A DNA stretch of 63,664 nt, counting the filler, from Dugesia japonica (Eukaryota): the NCBI GenBank assembly GCA_001938525.1. It is 6 parts of 6 records of this genome, joined end to end, with 100 filler letters (N's around TTAATTAATTAA, not from the genome) between each part and the next. Parts side by side here need not be neighbours in the genome. Positions count along the whole stretch, not along the records: positions 32,270 to 41,690 come from MQRL01624195.1; positions 41,791 to 55,308 come from MQRL01497510.1; 4 more parts are not named here. The stretch is one strand, 5' to 3'. The position numbers and the translations under genes are program-made. Within the stretch, counting starts at the first letter, position 1. The number at the start of each line of letters is the position of its first letter. Under the pieces are notes generated by a model, which searched no databases, was not told the DNA's origin, and was given only the letters and a program-made list of their open reading frames with translations. This document shows, piece after piece, positions 37,395-49,379 of this stretch.

Positions 37395-38103
37395 CTTTAT
37401 GAAAATTAGAAGAAAAAACAACACTTTTTCAAATTTTATAAACGTCTGAGAATTTCTGCAAAATTTCTCCAGTTACTATTGGCAGTATTACTAAAACCAA
37501 AATCTACTCACTTCATAATATCCAACAGAGAATTCAGCATTGTCTAGTGGTGAATTATTGTATAAATAACTAAAATTATCAAGTGACTTTAGGAGAATAA
37601 AATTTTCAGTTATCAACCAAGAAGAAAACGGAATCCAACCCAGTTTCTTTCACATTATTATTCTCGTTGCTGATAAGCGAAACTATTAGTAAGTGAAATG
37701 TTTCTCATTATTTGGTATGAATGATTTACATGATTATAATAATAAATATTCTAAACTTAAACGTTATTTTAATGTCTCTCTACAGTTATGTGTGATCATT
37801 AAGATAGGAGTATAAAATTTATTCACTAAATTGGAATGAATAAATCAAATATGGTTGATCTGTTTATAGTATGAATGACAAACGTTGGAATCCGCTCTCA
37901 CCAGGACACTCATTGAAATTGGTATCATAAATTCTGATGTAATGCGACAAACCAATTGTGTGTAAGAATAAATTGCTAAAGTTCAAATATCGTGTGATCT
38001 TACTCTTTACATGCAATTATCCAAGGTTATCAGGTCAAGCGTCATTAAACTTTAATCGCTGATTGTATGACTAAGTAGAACTCATGATAATTTATAATTT
38101 AAG

Positions 38104-38307
38104 ATGATTCAGAACATGTCAACGGAATTAAGTCATATATTAAGGAAGATTCGAAAACAAAGGAAAGCCACCCAATTAAAACAATTAATCGCGGACATCT
38201 TACCTCGTGGTAAGATAGAGCATCCGGATGAAACAGACCTGAGCTGTCTTGCCGAGTTGCTCACACTAAAACCCCAGGTGGATATAGACTCAAAGATCGA
38301 AAGTTGA
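38104..38307 (+). CDS. Cassette ORF2, copy 2
   Basis: MSTELSHILRKIRKQRKATQLKQLI...GKIEHPDETDLSCLAE; AG immediately upstream. Confidence 0.7.
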   Translation: MIQNMSTELSHILRKIRKQRKATQLKQLIADILPRGKIEHPDETDLSCLAELLTLKPQVDIDSKIES

Positions 38308-38407
38308 TGTTCATCATTATTATTTTAATATATCGTCAATTTGAATTATAGTTGTTCGTATTTTTGATTATGGTTAATTATTTCCCCTTTTTTATCATTT
38401 TAGCACC

Positions 38408-38716
38408 ATGAATATCATATGGTAAAGAATTTACGATCCACGAACACGACGTATGATTTTCCGACGACATATTAACCCATACAATAGTAATGCGAGCATT
38501 CTTTCGGACCAATCAAAATTACCTCCTGTGGAGGCTATGGTGACCCGTATTCAAAATTTCAGGGAAAGACAAAACCACCCAAATTGGACTGGTCCGGTTC
38601 GTAACCATGTAACCCCCTTCAGTTATTAGCATTTGGCTCCATCCCAAGCAGTACAAGCTTTTATTTCAAACTTGCTCTTTAGTGTTAGGGAACCCAAGGG
38701 TGTAGAAAACTCGTAA
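38408..38716 (+). pseudogene. Cassette ORF3, copy 2 (two nonsense changes)
   Basis: ttttag|caccATG; MNIIW*RIYDPRTRRMIF...PVEAMVTRIQ...WTGPVRNHVTPF...VQAFISNLLFSVREP. Confidence 0.7.
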
Positions 38717-38988
38717 AATCAAGACCCAGCATCCAACATAGAGCTCGACCAGTAATGGTCGAAACCAACTAAGATTACTCTTTTTGTTGAATAGAACTTT
38801 TATATACTCTAATAATATGTAGTTATAGTTCTGTTTTAGTCTTCCGTCAATTATTATTATTTTGTTTCTCTTTGAGAAAAATATAGTTGATAAATTTCGT
38901 GGTGTTATTCCAGTATGGAAATATTGAGATTTTCTTTTTGTGTCCGTTTATTTTCTTTATGAATTTGGTTTATCGTTTCACATTCTAG

Positions 38989-39339
38989 TGCACTCATCAT
39001 TGAATCGCGCTATAGCACCGACCAAGAAAATGCGAGAGTCCAGTGATAAGTCCGAAATTACGTGGGACCTCTATAAATTGGCTAAACAACGCTGGGAGCC
39101 AGTACAGCATCCGCTGAAGCCAAGGTTTGCCGCTAAAAAAAGAAGTGTTTGGCTTTTAAAGCCGAGGCTGAAGCGTCGTATAAGCAGGAAAGAGTATGGA
39201 AAGCCCAAATAGAGTCTTTCACAGAAACTATCCGGTCCTACGTGAGAATAAACTGGTCAATGACATTTTGAACTTAAAAACAGCAATGCCCCTCGAGCCT
39301 TTGATGGTTGACAAGTGCAGTCAAACCTCTCGGTCATGA
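38989..39339 (+). pseudogene. Cassette ORF4 exon, copy 2 (frameshifted)
   Basis: ctag|TG CAC TCA TCA; TWDLYKLAKQRWE; ends PLEPLMVDKCSQTSRS. Confidence 0.72.
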
Positions 39340-39465
39340 TATCAATCGACTTCTTAAATAAATTTTTTATTTATGTAATTAAATTCTTCTTCCAGATTTA
39401 TTTGATTAGTTGATATTTCAGCTCTTTTTAAATTAATGAAATAGTTAATAATTTGCCTTATTTAG

Positions 39466-39849
39466 TGCCCTACATCACTTTTCCAAACAGTTTGAAAAGA
39501 TGCCATCGAATAATGCGCTGCCTCTTAATCGAGAGACACTTGAAACGTAAAGCCGATCAAGCTATCCTTAAACATCTTGCCTAACAAGATAAATTGATAA
39601 AGAAAGCTTGATCTCATCATTAAGAAACAAAGCGAGCTGGCTGTTCAAACAAAGGCCCTTGAAGAAGAAACTAAGCAATTGTTACAAAGAAAGATCGACT
39701 TCCTGAAACAGTATATCTCGGATCTTTCTCACCTGCTAGGCAACCCTGCTTGAGTACAGTGGGATGATAGCGCCGATATGGCCACCTTTGATTTTTTGGT
39801 GACTAACCCAGCCCAGTGGTTAGATCCTGGAGTTTTGGAGGAGTTATAG
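39466..39849 (+). pseudogene. Cassette ORF5 exon, copy 2 (stops and a frameshift)
   Basis: ttag|TG CCC TAC; ITFPNSLKRCHRI...RKIDFLKQYISDLS..GNPA...QWLDPGVLEEL. Confidence 0.75.
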
Positions 39850-41690
39850 TTGTCATTATAATAGATGTTTCTTCTTAACTTCTGTTTAATTTATTGTCTA
39901 TGCTTATAAGGGAAACCGATGAACCCACATTAAAGGTGTACGAGTGTGCACCTCCCATGAAGTAGGAGGTCAACCACTTTACGCTGAATACCTAAACTAG
40001 GGACTTTAGGTTAAATTCTTAAAAGGGTCCCTTGAGGGCTGTTTTTTCCCCAGCCATCCATTTTCGATACCAAACTCAGGCAGGACCCCAACAATATTAT
40101 TTTATTATAATTTGGTTCAAAAAATTTTAATCAATATTTTATTTTGTTAATTTGTGATATGATTTAACTTATTGTAAATTATTTAATTAATTAATTAACA
40201 CAGATAAGCAAACGGAAAATTTGGTAAATTTTTAAATTTTCATTTTAGATTTTATAAATATGAAAATTAAAATTGTAATAATAAAAATTTTAAATATTTT
40301 GATTTCAGTGGAAGATTTTAATTAAAAAATGAATATCGAACAACAATAATTATTTTTGTAAAGTTTATTTGTTTGGCCATATTAATTCATATGCATTTAT
40401 GTACCTGGTAGCAATATAGAATAAATACTATTGAATTTTATTGTATTTTCACCCTTAAAAAAATTTGCTTTAAAAGTTTTAACCTACTTGGGTTAAACCT
40501 GAAGTGAATAAATAAAAAAATGTCTATTACTCTTTTAGTTAATTTGTTCAAATAAAATTTAGAAAAGTAATAATTATTTGATTTTAATAGCTGACTATAT
40601 AACTTATTTATAATAATATTAATTATTTATAGTAATGATATTGAGATATAAGGTCTTTATAAAACGATAATATATAAGTAAAACCGTTGAATTGTATTAT
40701 AATTTAAAATCATTTCAATTGCTGATTTGCTTTGGCAACAATCCCCAAAGCATCTCAACATATATTTCACAAAATAAAACTCTTATTTTCCCTTTTGAAA
40801 CCATATTAAACCCCAAATTGTAACCGACTTAATCCTTTATCTAATGAAATAAATCATAACTTATTATTATTATCATAACATATTAAAATATTACGTAATC
40901 ATCCAATAAATTAAACCAAGTCTCATTATTGATATTCAAAACCTATTACATAAATAATAAAAAGAAATAAAATAAGGAAAAAATGGGTAAAATAGGACAA
41001 AACAGCTTTAACGTATAAAGTAGTGAAAATGACTTGAAAATAGGAAATTGACACAAAAAATTGGTCCAATAAAATAAGCTATGAGTAATTATTATTATCA
41101 TTTGAAAATTAATACATGAATATAAAGAAAATATGATTAAATACGTTAAAATATAAGAAAATCAGCAAAATAGACCAACATCGTGTAAATGGAGCTGTGA
41201 GATATGACTAAGAATAATATAATATTTTCATATTGGCCTTTATATAAGTAAATTGACATATGTATGTGATAATATGTTTCTAAAGGTTTTTTTTCTGAGT
41301 TCCTCTATATTGCTATCAATTTATATAATAGAATAATTGTACCTTGGTATCACCATTCTAAATGATTGTTTTTACTTCCCCTTTGAGGAAAGAATTGAGG
41401 AATTATCTAATATTTTGTATGTTGTGTTTTCTTGTCTGTGTAATTGACATTTGAAACTGTAAATGAAAGCTTAGATTATTGCAATAATGGAAGAATCAGA
41501 AGCTACTGAATTTGCAGGAATATAGCTTGGTCATATATTTAATAATTCAATTTTTCTGTCAGTAAATGTATATTCTGTTAAGTTTTAGTAAGGAAAAACA
41601 TTTGTAATGTTTATAACATCTGAATGTATATTTATTTTCATTTTGATTTTCTCTTCTGTTTTAGTTTTCTCAAAAAGTAGATTTTTCAAT

Positions 41691-41790
41691 NNNNNNNNNN
41701 NNNNNNNNNNNNNNNNNNNNNNNNNNNNNNNNNNTTAATTAATTAANNNNNNNNNNNNNNNNNNNNNNNNNNNNNNNNNNNNNNNNNNNN
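41691..41790. other. Artificial contig spacer
   Basis: N44-TTAATTAATTAA-N44. Confidence 0.97.
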
Positions 41791-41807
41791 AATTTTATTG
41801 TATACAG

Positions 41808-42157
41808 ACATATGTCGTAATGATGGTACTGAGTTTACTTATATGGGAAAATTAAATACAACAATTAGTGGATATATTTGCCAAAAATGGAGTTCACAAC
41901 AACCCCATAAACATCAATATACGTTAAATTGGCAATTTCTTGATGGAAATATTTTAAAAGCCGAAAACTTTTGCAGAAACCCATTTAAAAAAAAAGAAGG
42001 CTTTAGATTTCCTGAAAGTAAATCATGGTGTTACACTACTAATCCAAATGTTAGGTATGATTATTGTGATCCCCCTTTATGCACAAATCAAGTAAATCAT
42101 TTAATTTTATTTATTTTGGTGAATACTTTTATTATTTAGGTTACGTACTATGATTAA
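41808..42157 (+). CDS. 3' end of a kringle-domain gene; exons 41808-42091 and 42140-42157 (5' part lies off the contig)
   Basis: Six-Cys kringle C...Y.G..NTT.SG..CQKW..Q.PH.H...NFCRNP...WCYT.NP.VRYDYCD.P.C; 48-nt intron, then VTYYD*, then AATAAA. Confidence 0.88.
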
Positions 42158-43439
42158 CGGTGATAATTGTGAATAAATATGATTGAAAATAAATAAAACG
42201 TACTATATAAACGTTTATCGATTTGATTGCAGCTTTTGTTTATTGTTTTGAGAAATTTCCTGAGCTTAACATTTTTTAAAAATATTTATTTTAAACGATT
42301 ATAAGTTGAATCATAAAAATTAATTTTAACTGAAATTTAAAATTAATATAAAAGCAAGCAATATAACTAGTTAACTAAATCAAGGGTTACCAATTTTTTT
42401 TGCTCACCTACCACCTAATAACCAAAATAAATTAGCGAACCACCTACTTTTTCTTTGCCTAAAAATACCTTTGTAAAAGATGTGAATTGTTGTTCTGTAT
42501 ACTTAAATGTTATACAAGACAACCTTTGCAATAAAAGCTTAATTTTTTAAACTAAAAGCAGGTGAAAACATTTTTTTAAATAGAGCTTTATGTAACTTTT
42601 TCAAATTTGAAAATGACACAAACAATGATTCGAATATCAAATTNNNNNNNNNNNNNNNNNNNNNNNNNNNNNNNNNNNNNNNNNNNNNNNNACATTGCAG
42701 AGAATTCAGTCTCACACAAGTATAATGTACTGAAAGGCAAAATTTCAAAGCCTTTCCAGATATTAAGGCATATTCATTTCTTCTTTTCAGCCAAAAATTG
42801 CTTAACTTTTCTTTCTTGAATTCATTTTGGAGTCTCCCATCATATGACATCTCTAAATATTCTTCTCTTTCTTCAATTGACAAATCGTCAATTTCTTCAG
42901 TTAAAAATGGGTTCCTGGTGCCGTTTTTACTTGAGAACTTTTCGGGAAAGTATTATATTTATTAAAATTCTGAATCAATTGATAGATCTGTTCTTTTATA
43001 TCAGAAATCAATTGAGGCTGTAATAAAATAAATTTCTCTGGCAAAAACTCTTCTAGAGATGGAAATGTATCAGTTCTGTTTTGTTCCAAATCTTTCAAAA
43101 TTGNNNNNNNNNNNNNNNNNNNNNNNNNNNNNNNNNNNNNNNNNNNNNNNNNNNNNNNNNNNNNNNNNNNNNNNNNNNNNNNNNNNNNNNNNNNNNNNNN
43201 NNNNNNNNNNNNNNNNNNNNNNNNNNNNNNNNNNNNNNNNNNNNNNNNNNNNNNNNNNNNNNNNNNNNNNNNNNNNNNNNNNNNNNNNNNNNNNNNNNNN
43301 NNNNNNNNNNNNNNNNNNNNNNNNNNNNNNNNNNNNNNNNNNNNNNNNNNNNNNNNNNNNNNNNNNNNNNNNNNNNNNNNNNNNNNNTTTACTTGGTGAA
43401 GATTTCGACGAATTACTTTCATTCTATCATCTAATTCTA

Positions 43440-46085
43440 AATTATAATTACTGAGAAACTTGCTTATCCTGTGTATCTTTTTTAAGTAACCATCTTTCTT
43501 CTGTTTTTACTATTACCCAATCTTCAATATTTAATGTAGTGTTCTGATTTTCTGCTTTATTTTCTTTTGGAATCTGTTTTCTCTTTTCTGTAATTCTCTC
43601 CCTTTGTTTTTTAAAGTTATTCTGAAAATCCATCTTGTCGATTTCTACATTTGCAGTCAAAATATCTGGTTTCAAATCCATCTTTTTACCAAATAGAATT
43701 TCAAAAGATGAGACCTCCAATTTTTTGTTATTTGATGATCTCATACTTAGTTGAACAAAATAAATTGCTTTAACCCATGCTTGGTTATGTGACTTACAAG
43801 ATACATATAATTTGTCTTTGACTGTTCTAAATACGCGTTCTACAAGCCCATTACCCTGATGATAATATGTTGCTTTATTTGTAATTTATTACACAATTCC
43901 TTCATTGTTTCCGATTTAAATTGTGTTCTGTTATCAGAATGAACTATCCTCGGAATCCCAAAGTACGCTATCTATCTTTCAAATATCATTTCAGTAACTG
44001 TCTTTGCAGAAATATTCTTCAATGGTATTAACACTATATATCTAGAAAAAACATCGATGATTCCTAAAATATATGAATATCCCTTGCAATTTGGTAGTGG
44101 TCCCGTTATATCGCAACATATCCTTTCAAATGGTTCTGTCGCTGTAAAAGAATTTTTCATATTGTAACCCATTTTATTTCCCTGCTTTCTCTCAGCACAT
44201 GACATACAATTTGCCACAAACTTCTCTGTATCTTTTTCCATGTTTATCCATTCATGATATCTCTTGATATTAGTCAAAGTTTGTTTAGCGTTTGGATAAC
44301 CTAATCGACAGTGAAAATATTTTAAAATGTTATTGATTTTCTTTTCATTATACTCTTTATGGGTATCTATTAATTCATTGATTTGTCGATAACCTTCATC
44401 ATCTNNNNNNNNNNNNNNNNNNNNNNNNNNNNNNNNNNNNNNNNNNNNNNNNNNGTCGATATGTTTTATTTCACATTGTTCACATTGGAAATCTCTGGAA
44501 AGTGCATCTGCGTTTGAATGTAATTGTCCTTTTCGATGCTGATTTCAAAATCATACATTAGTTCATCAATCCAGGAGCAGTACTGTGATGTATTTGATCT
44601 TTTCCAATTAAAGATCCATGTTAAACTCTTATGGTCTGGGCGAATAAAAAATTTCTTCCCCAATAAATAATGCTTGTATTTCTTCACAAAGAAATAAACC
44701 GCCATGAGTTCTTTCTTGGTGATCCAAAATATTTTTCTGCTTTCGAAAACTTCTGAAATNCATAGCATATTACTTTTTCTTCGTTATCTTGAACTTGATT
44801 TAAAACTGCTCCCATAGCAAAGTGACTAGCATCTGTATCCAATACGAAAATATCATTCCTATTTAGAAACGATAATACTGGTGCGCTTGTGAGAGCATGT
44901 TTTAGACTTTCGAAAGATTCCTTATGAAATTCTTCCCATTTTTCCATTTTTTCCATTTTTCTTGATGTTCGCATCTCTTAACAAATCTTCTAGAGCTTTA
45001 AAAATTTTGGCATATCCCCAAATAAATCTTCTATAATAATTGCAAAACCCAAGCAAACTTGATAATTCTTCATTTGTATTAGGAATACTCCAATTTTGTA
45101 CTGTACTAATTTTATCTGGATCAGTTGTCTCCCCTTCGCTTGATATTATGTGACCTAAATATTATTTGGAAAATATTTAAAAAAACGCATTTCTTGGAAT
45201 ATAACTTAACTGATGACTGTCGTATCTTATCTAACACTGTGTTTATTCTTTCATTGCGTTCCTCTATGCTTTTCCCGAAAATCAAAATATCATTGAGATA
45301 TTTTATGCATTTATGGAAATTTCTTCTCTGAGAACTAAGTGCATTAATCTTTGAAAAGTTGCTGGCGCTCCACACAGTCCAAAAGCCATGCAATTTAATT
45401 CGTACTGACCATTTCATGTAGCAAAAGCTTTTTTTCTCTGTCTTTGTCACTTATTTCTACCTTGTAATAACCACTAGATAAATCAAGTGCACTAAAGAAT
45501 CTTGATCCCACAAGTGAATCAAATAACTGTTGGTTATCTGGAATAGAATTTATATATCTGTTATTAACTGAGTTTAATTTTCTATAGTCTATATATAACC
45601 TAATGTCTTCAGATTTCTTTTGAACCACCAAAATAGTTAAAGACCACGGACTCTCGCGTATGATTCCCTTTTGTTCAAGTTCTTTGATAATCTCATCGAT
45701 TTTACTTTCTAGATGAAGGGAGCTCTTCGTAATGGTTGAGCAAAAGGTTTAGGATCAATGACATCTATTTCGTGTTTTAAAATTGACAATGTCCGATATC
45801 ATAATTATCTTTACTAAATAAATCTTTAAATTCATTTATTATCTTTATTACAGTATTTTTCGCATTTTTAGCGATATCAGCTGAATGTCTGTTCATAATC
45901 GTTTCCATTATTCATTGGATATACCCCATCTCGGTATCTTGATATATTCTATTAATATTTCAAATATTATCTTCTGTATCATCTCCAATCTCAATACAAC
46001 CTATTCTTGTATTTCTAAACATTTTAATTTCTTTATTTTTTAAGTTAATTATTTTTACTGGGATTTTACCAGTTCTTCTAACATA
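43440..46085 (-). mobile_element. Ty3/Gypsy pol (RT, RNase H, integrase) nested in the hAT
   Basis: RLYIDYRKLN, FSALDLSSGY, VLDTDASHFAMGAVL, H..C..C zinc finger, DITGPLP, IDVFSRY. Confidence 0.9.
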
Positions 46086-46733
46086 ATACACACTAATTTT
46101 TTTAAATATTTCATTTGCTGTGGTATGGCTTAAGAGTGGCTTACAAAACAGGAACTCTTCCTCAATTGATTCTCTAACTTCATACTTAATATAAGTCATA
46201 AGCTGAGCAAAATTGGTAACATCTATTCTCTCATCTAATTGAAGTGAAAAGAATTTGCTCTTTTTAACATAGTTCGCTAGTTTCTCTTTAATCTGTTCTG
46301 TCATTTCTTGAATTCGTCGACGACTATGTTGTTAGATAAAGAAATAACATTGAGTTTTTGGCTGCTTCTTTTCCAAAAATACATGAAACCATGTTTTTAG
46401 CAGCTGGGACTATCAATGTTTCGCCAATTGTGTGAGGTTTTCCATTTTGAGCTATTCTTAAACTTACAAGATATGAAGCTTATAATTCTCTTGCATTAAT
46501 TCCTGTAACATAGATCATTGATTTAACTTCAGTTTTCATATCACATTTCCTTCTTTGAAAAGATCCAATTGGTTTATCTTTTAAATGACCATTTCGATGT
46601 TCCAAATGCCGTCTAAGAAGAGAAGATTTTAATTAGCTGTTTGCTAACTTTTCATAACAAATAACACATTGTGGTTGAGGTTTGGTTTGGTCTTTACAAA
46701 TAAATCCTAGTGACAAATAGTTTTCATTGTACC

Positions 46734-47145
46734 TGTAAGGACGATTCATGGATTTTAAATGTCTGAGATTTTTTAATTTTTATATATATTACATGTATAT
46801 TATTTTAAAATTTTTATCTGAAACTTTCAAATATTATTGAAAAAAGTGAAGATAAATTTTCAAAATTATAAAAAATTATTTTATGAAATTAAAGTATTTT
46901 AAAATCAAAATAGATATTTTATATTATTTAAAATTATAAATTTATAATAATTGTTTTATGAAATTATGATAAAAAATATTTTAAAAAAGAAAATCGATAT
47001 TTTTAAAAAATATATTTTATTAAAATTTCTCAGATTATTTGTTTGAATACTGTGAATTGTTCTTCATCATTTTCATTTTAATAAAAAACTTGTATTAATC
47101 AATAAAAGTTTATTGAGAGTTGTGAGATTTTGAGTTTATTAATAT
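46734..47145 (+). mobile_element. Short solo LTR (TGTAAG family) inserted in the hAT transposase
   Basis: TACC TSD; removing the insert restores ATTTRRYNENYLSLGF. Confidence 0.75.
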
Positions 47146-48189
47146 TACCTTCTTGTAGTAGTAGCTTTTTTTTCTTTTTTCATTGCAATTGACATCGTCA
47201 TGATTTTTAAGTCTTAAATCACCTTCAAATTCTTCAGAATCACATTTCTTCGTTTTAAAAGAGCTATAAATTATCAATTTCTCCATTTTTTAGTTTTGTT
47301 TCTATTAAATGGCTGAGGATTTTTTAATTGATGAACTTCACAGCAGAGTAGATACAACAATACTAACGCAAAACAAATGTTTGCTTGAAATTTTGAAAAT
47401 ATCTGATTATGTGAATTAAATTAGCTATTTAAAAATTAAATTTTATTACAAGACTTCCTCTTTTTCAATCGATAAAAAATCAATTAAATGTTTATTTGGT
47501 AAATGAAAATAATTTAAATTAAAGAATGTGAAAATGTTTTGGCGAACCACCTATCACTTGTTCGCACACCACAGTTTGAGAACCAATAAACTAAATGAAA
47601 AATGAATGTTTGAGACGTACATCCTTCTGATTCAACTATATCTATTTTAAACATATTTTCGATTATTGAAAAGTCTTTATATTCCACTATTTATATTCAA
47701 TTTGCAACAATTTTTCAAAAGACTTAAATCCAATGAAGTTCTAAATAATCTAAAAGCTATCCAAAACCTTCATCAATTTTAACAATAACAATATATAATA
47801 CAAATTCAACACAAACATTTTTTCAGTTAATAAAAGAAATATACTATAAACAAATATTCAAATGTTGTATTAGTAAACTTCAAAGTATATTTCAATTATT
47901 TTTTTAAAATTATGCCCATCTTAAAATTATTACGGTTTTATTTTGATTTGATGTATAAAGATTTCATCTTAATCCAAAAATTCTAATTTTGATTGATCAA
48001 TTTCGTCACCTTTGCATTCTAAAACGTCATTTATATATAAATTAAATTTTATTTCAATCAATATCATCAAGGATCAATATTTAAAGTTGCAATCATAATT
48101 GCAATCAAATTAGTCATTTTGTATTCAATATTGTTATTATTGCAATCAAAATCATTGCACTTTGTTTATAAATTTAATTAGTCATATCC

Positions 48190-48390
48190 GATTGAAAGAA
48201 TCATTTATAAACTTTAGCATATGTCTCCAATAACCACCACAATCTTAGGAAGTACTCAAATTGGACGAATTAACAATTACATCAGCATCATTAGTGCATT
48301 TCGCTCGTATAACTTTATTTTCACATTTAGTAAACATCTCTTAAATCGGATTGAGGAATGGAGAATACGGTGGAAGGTAGTGAATTACAA
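48190..48390 (-). mobile_element. IS630/Tc1 transposase C-terminal remnant
   Basis: VIHYLPPYSPFLNPI*EMF. Confidence 0.7.
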
Positions 48391-48941
48391 AACAGTACAT
48401 AGATCCGTCCGCACTAAACCACCTCCCCCAACAAAATGGTTTGATTTTTTGGTTTAGCATGAAGAATTTTGATTGGACAAAAATTTTTTCGACTTTTCTT
48501 GGTCGAAGTTTTGCTTAGAAATGTAGAATTTTTAAATTTTGGTTTGTAATTTTTCGGTCAAATTTTATTGTATGGTTTAAATTTGATGTGACTTGAACTC
48601 AGAATTAAATTCTATATATGGAGGTTACATTACGTTTCTCGAAACATTTTTGTTTCTAGAAACAAAGGTAGGTCACTCACTAAACCACTTTGACTTTGGT
48701 TGAAAAACTTTTCCTGTCAATAATGATCGTATGGTGATTGAATTGCTACCATTCAATTCAGAATAAAAGGTTACCTATGGATTGTTTAAGTGACTTATAG
48801 TGAAAAATGCTTTATTGAAGAGATAATATACAATTATATATAATTCAAATAATAAAACGCAATGTTTTATTATTTTTATTTGTAAAATAAGAAGGAAATT
48901 GTTTATATACTTGCCAATAAAACATGTTACATAATCAATAC

Positions 48942-49347
48942 TGTAAGAATGATTCATAGATTTTAAATATGTTGGAAATTTTTTAATTTTTATATATATT
49001 ATATTAAAATTTACATTCAAATATTATTGTAAAAAATATTACGTAAGAGATTTTTAAAAATATAAAACTTTTTTAAATCCAAATTAATTTAAATAATTTG
49101 AATATTAGGCAAAATTATAAAAGTATAAATTATTGTAAAGAAATTATGTAGAAAAATGATTAAAAATATAAATATTTGGTAGAATTAAAATCGATATTTT
49201 TTAAAATATTTTATTAAAAATTTCTCAGATTATTTGTTTGAATACTATAGATTGTTCTTCATCATTTTTACTTTAATCCTAAAACTTGTAATAATAAATA
49301 AAAACTTAAGGAGAGTTGTAAAGTTTTGAATTTAACTAATAAATACA
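48942..49347 (+). mobile_element. Short solo LTR (TGTAAG family)
   Basis: TGTAAG...AATACA with internal AATAAA; homologous to 46734-47145. Confidence 0.65.
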
Positions 49348-49379
49348 ATAAAATAAGATTAAAATAAATTTAAAAGTGA

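Larger units (their letters stand above)
36751..40093 (+). mobile_element. Giant (3343 bp) solo-LTR-like element with accessory-gene cassette, copy 2
   Basis: TATTGGGG...CCCCAACA ends; ATAT TSD (36747-36750 / 40094-40097); same order of promoter, donor, ORFs and structured 3' end as copy 1. Confidence 0.85.
42381..47588 (-). mobile_element. hAT (Buster/ZBED5-like) transposon with nested insertions
   Basis: Perfect 8-bp TSD AACTAAAT (42373-42380 / 47589-47596) and degenerate TIRs. Motifs RRYNENYLSLGF, PQCVIC, KPHTIGETLI.PA, FSLQLDE; C-terminal FWLK...ALK. Confidence 0.88.

Noticed and set aside
26009-40093. The two giant elements as the paired LTRs of one provirus flanking the Gypsy pol at 32270-34120
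   Set aside because: They are on different contigs, each has its own TSD, and they are too diverged to be sister LTRs.
22649-42157. Kringle plus serine protease forming a plasminogen-like gene or cluster
   Set aside because: They lie on different contigs separated by spacers. The protease has its own signal peptide and the kringle gene has its own stop.
42901-43454. Long ORFs spanning N runs (also 16563, 19410, 32222)
   Set aside because: Their length comes from untranslatable gaps, not real coding sequence.
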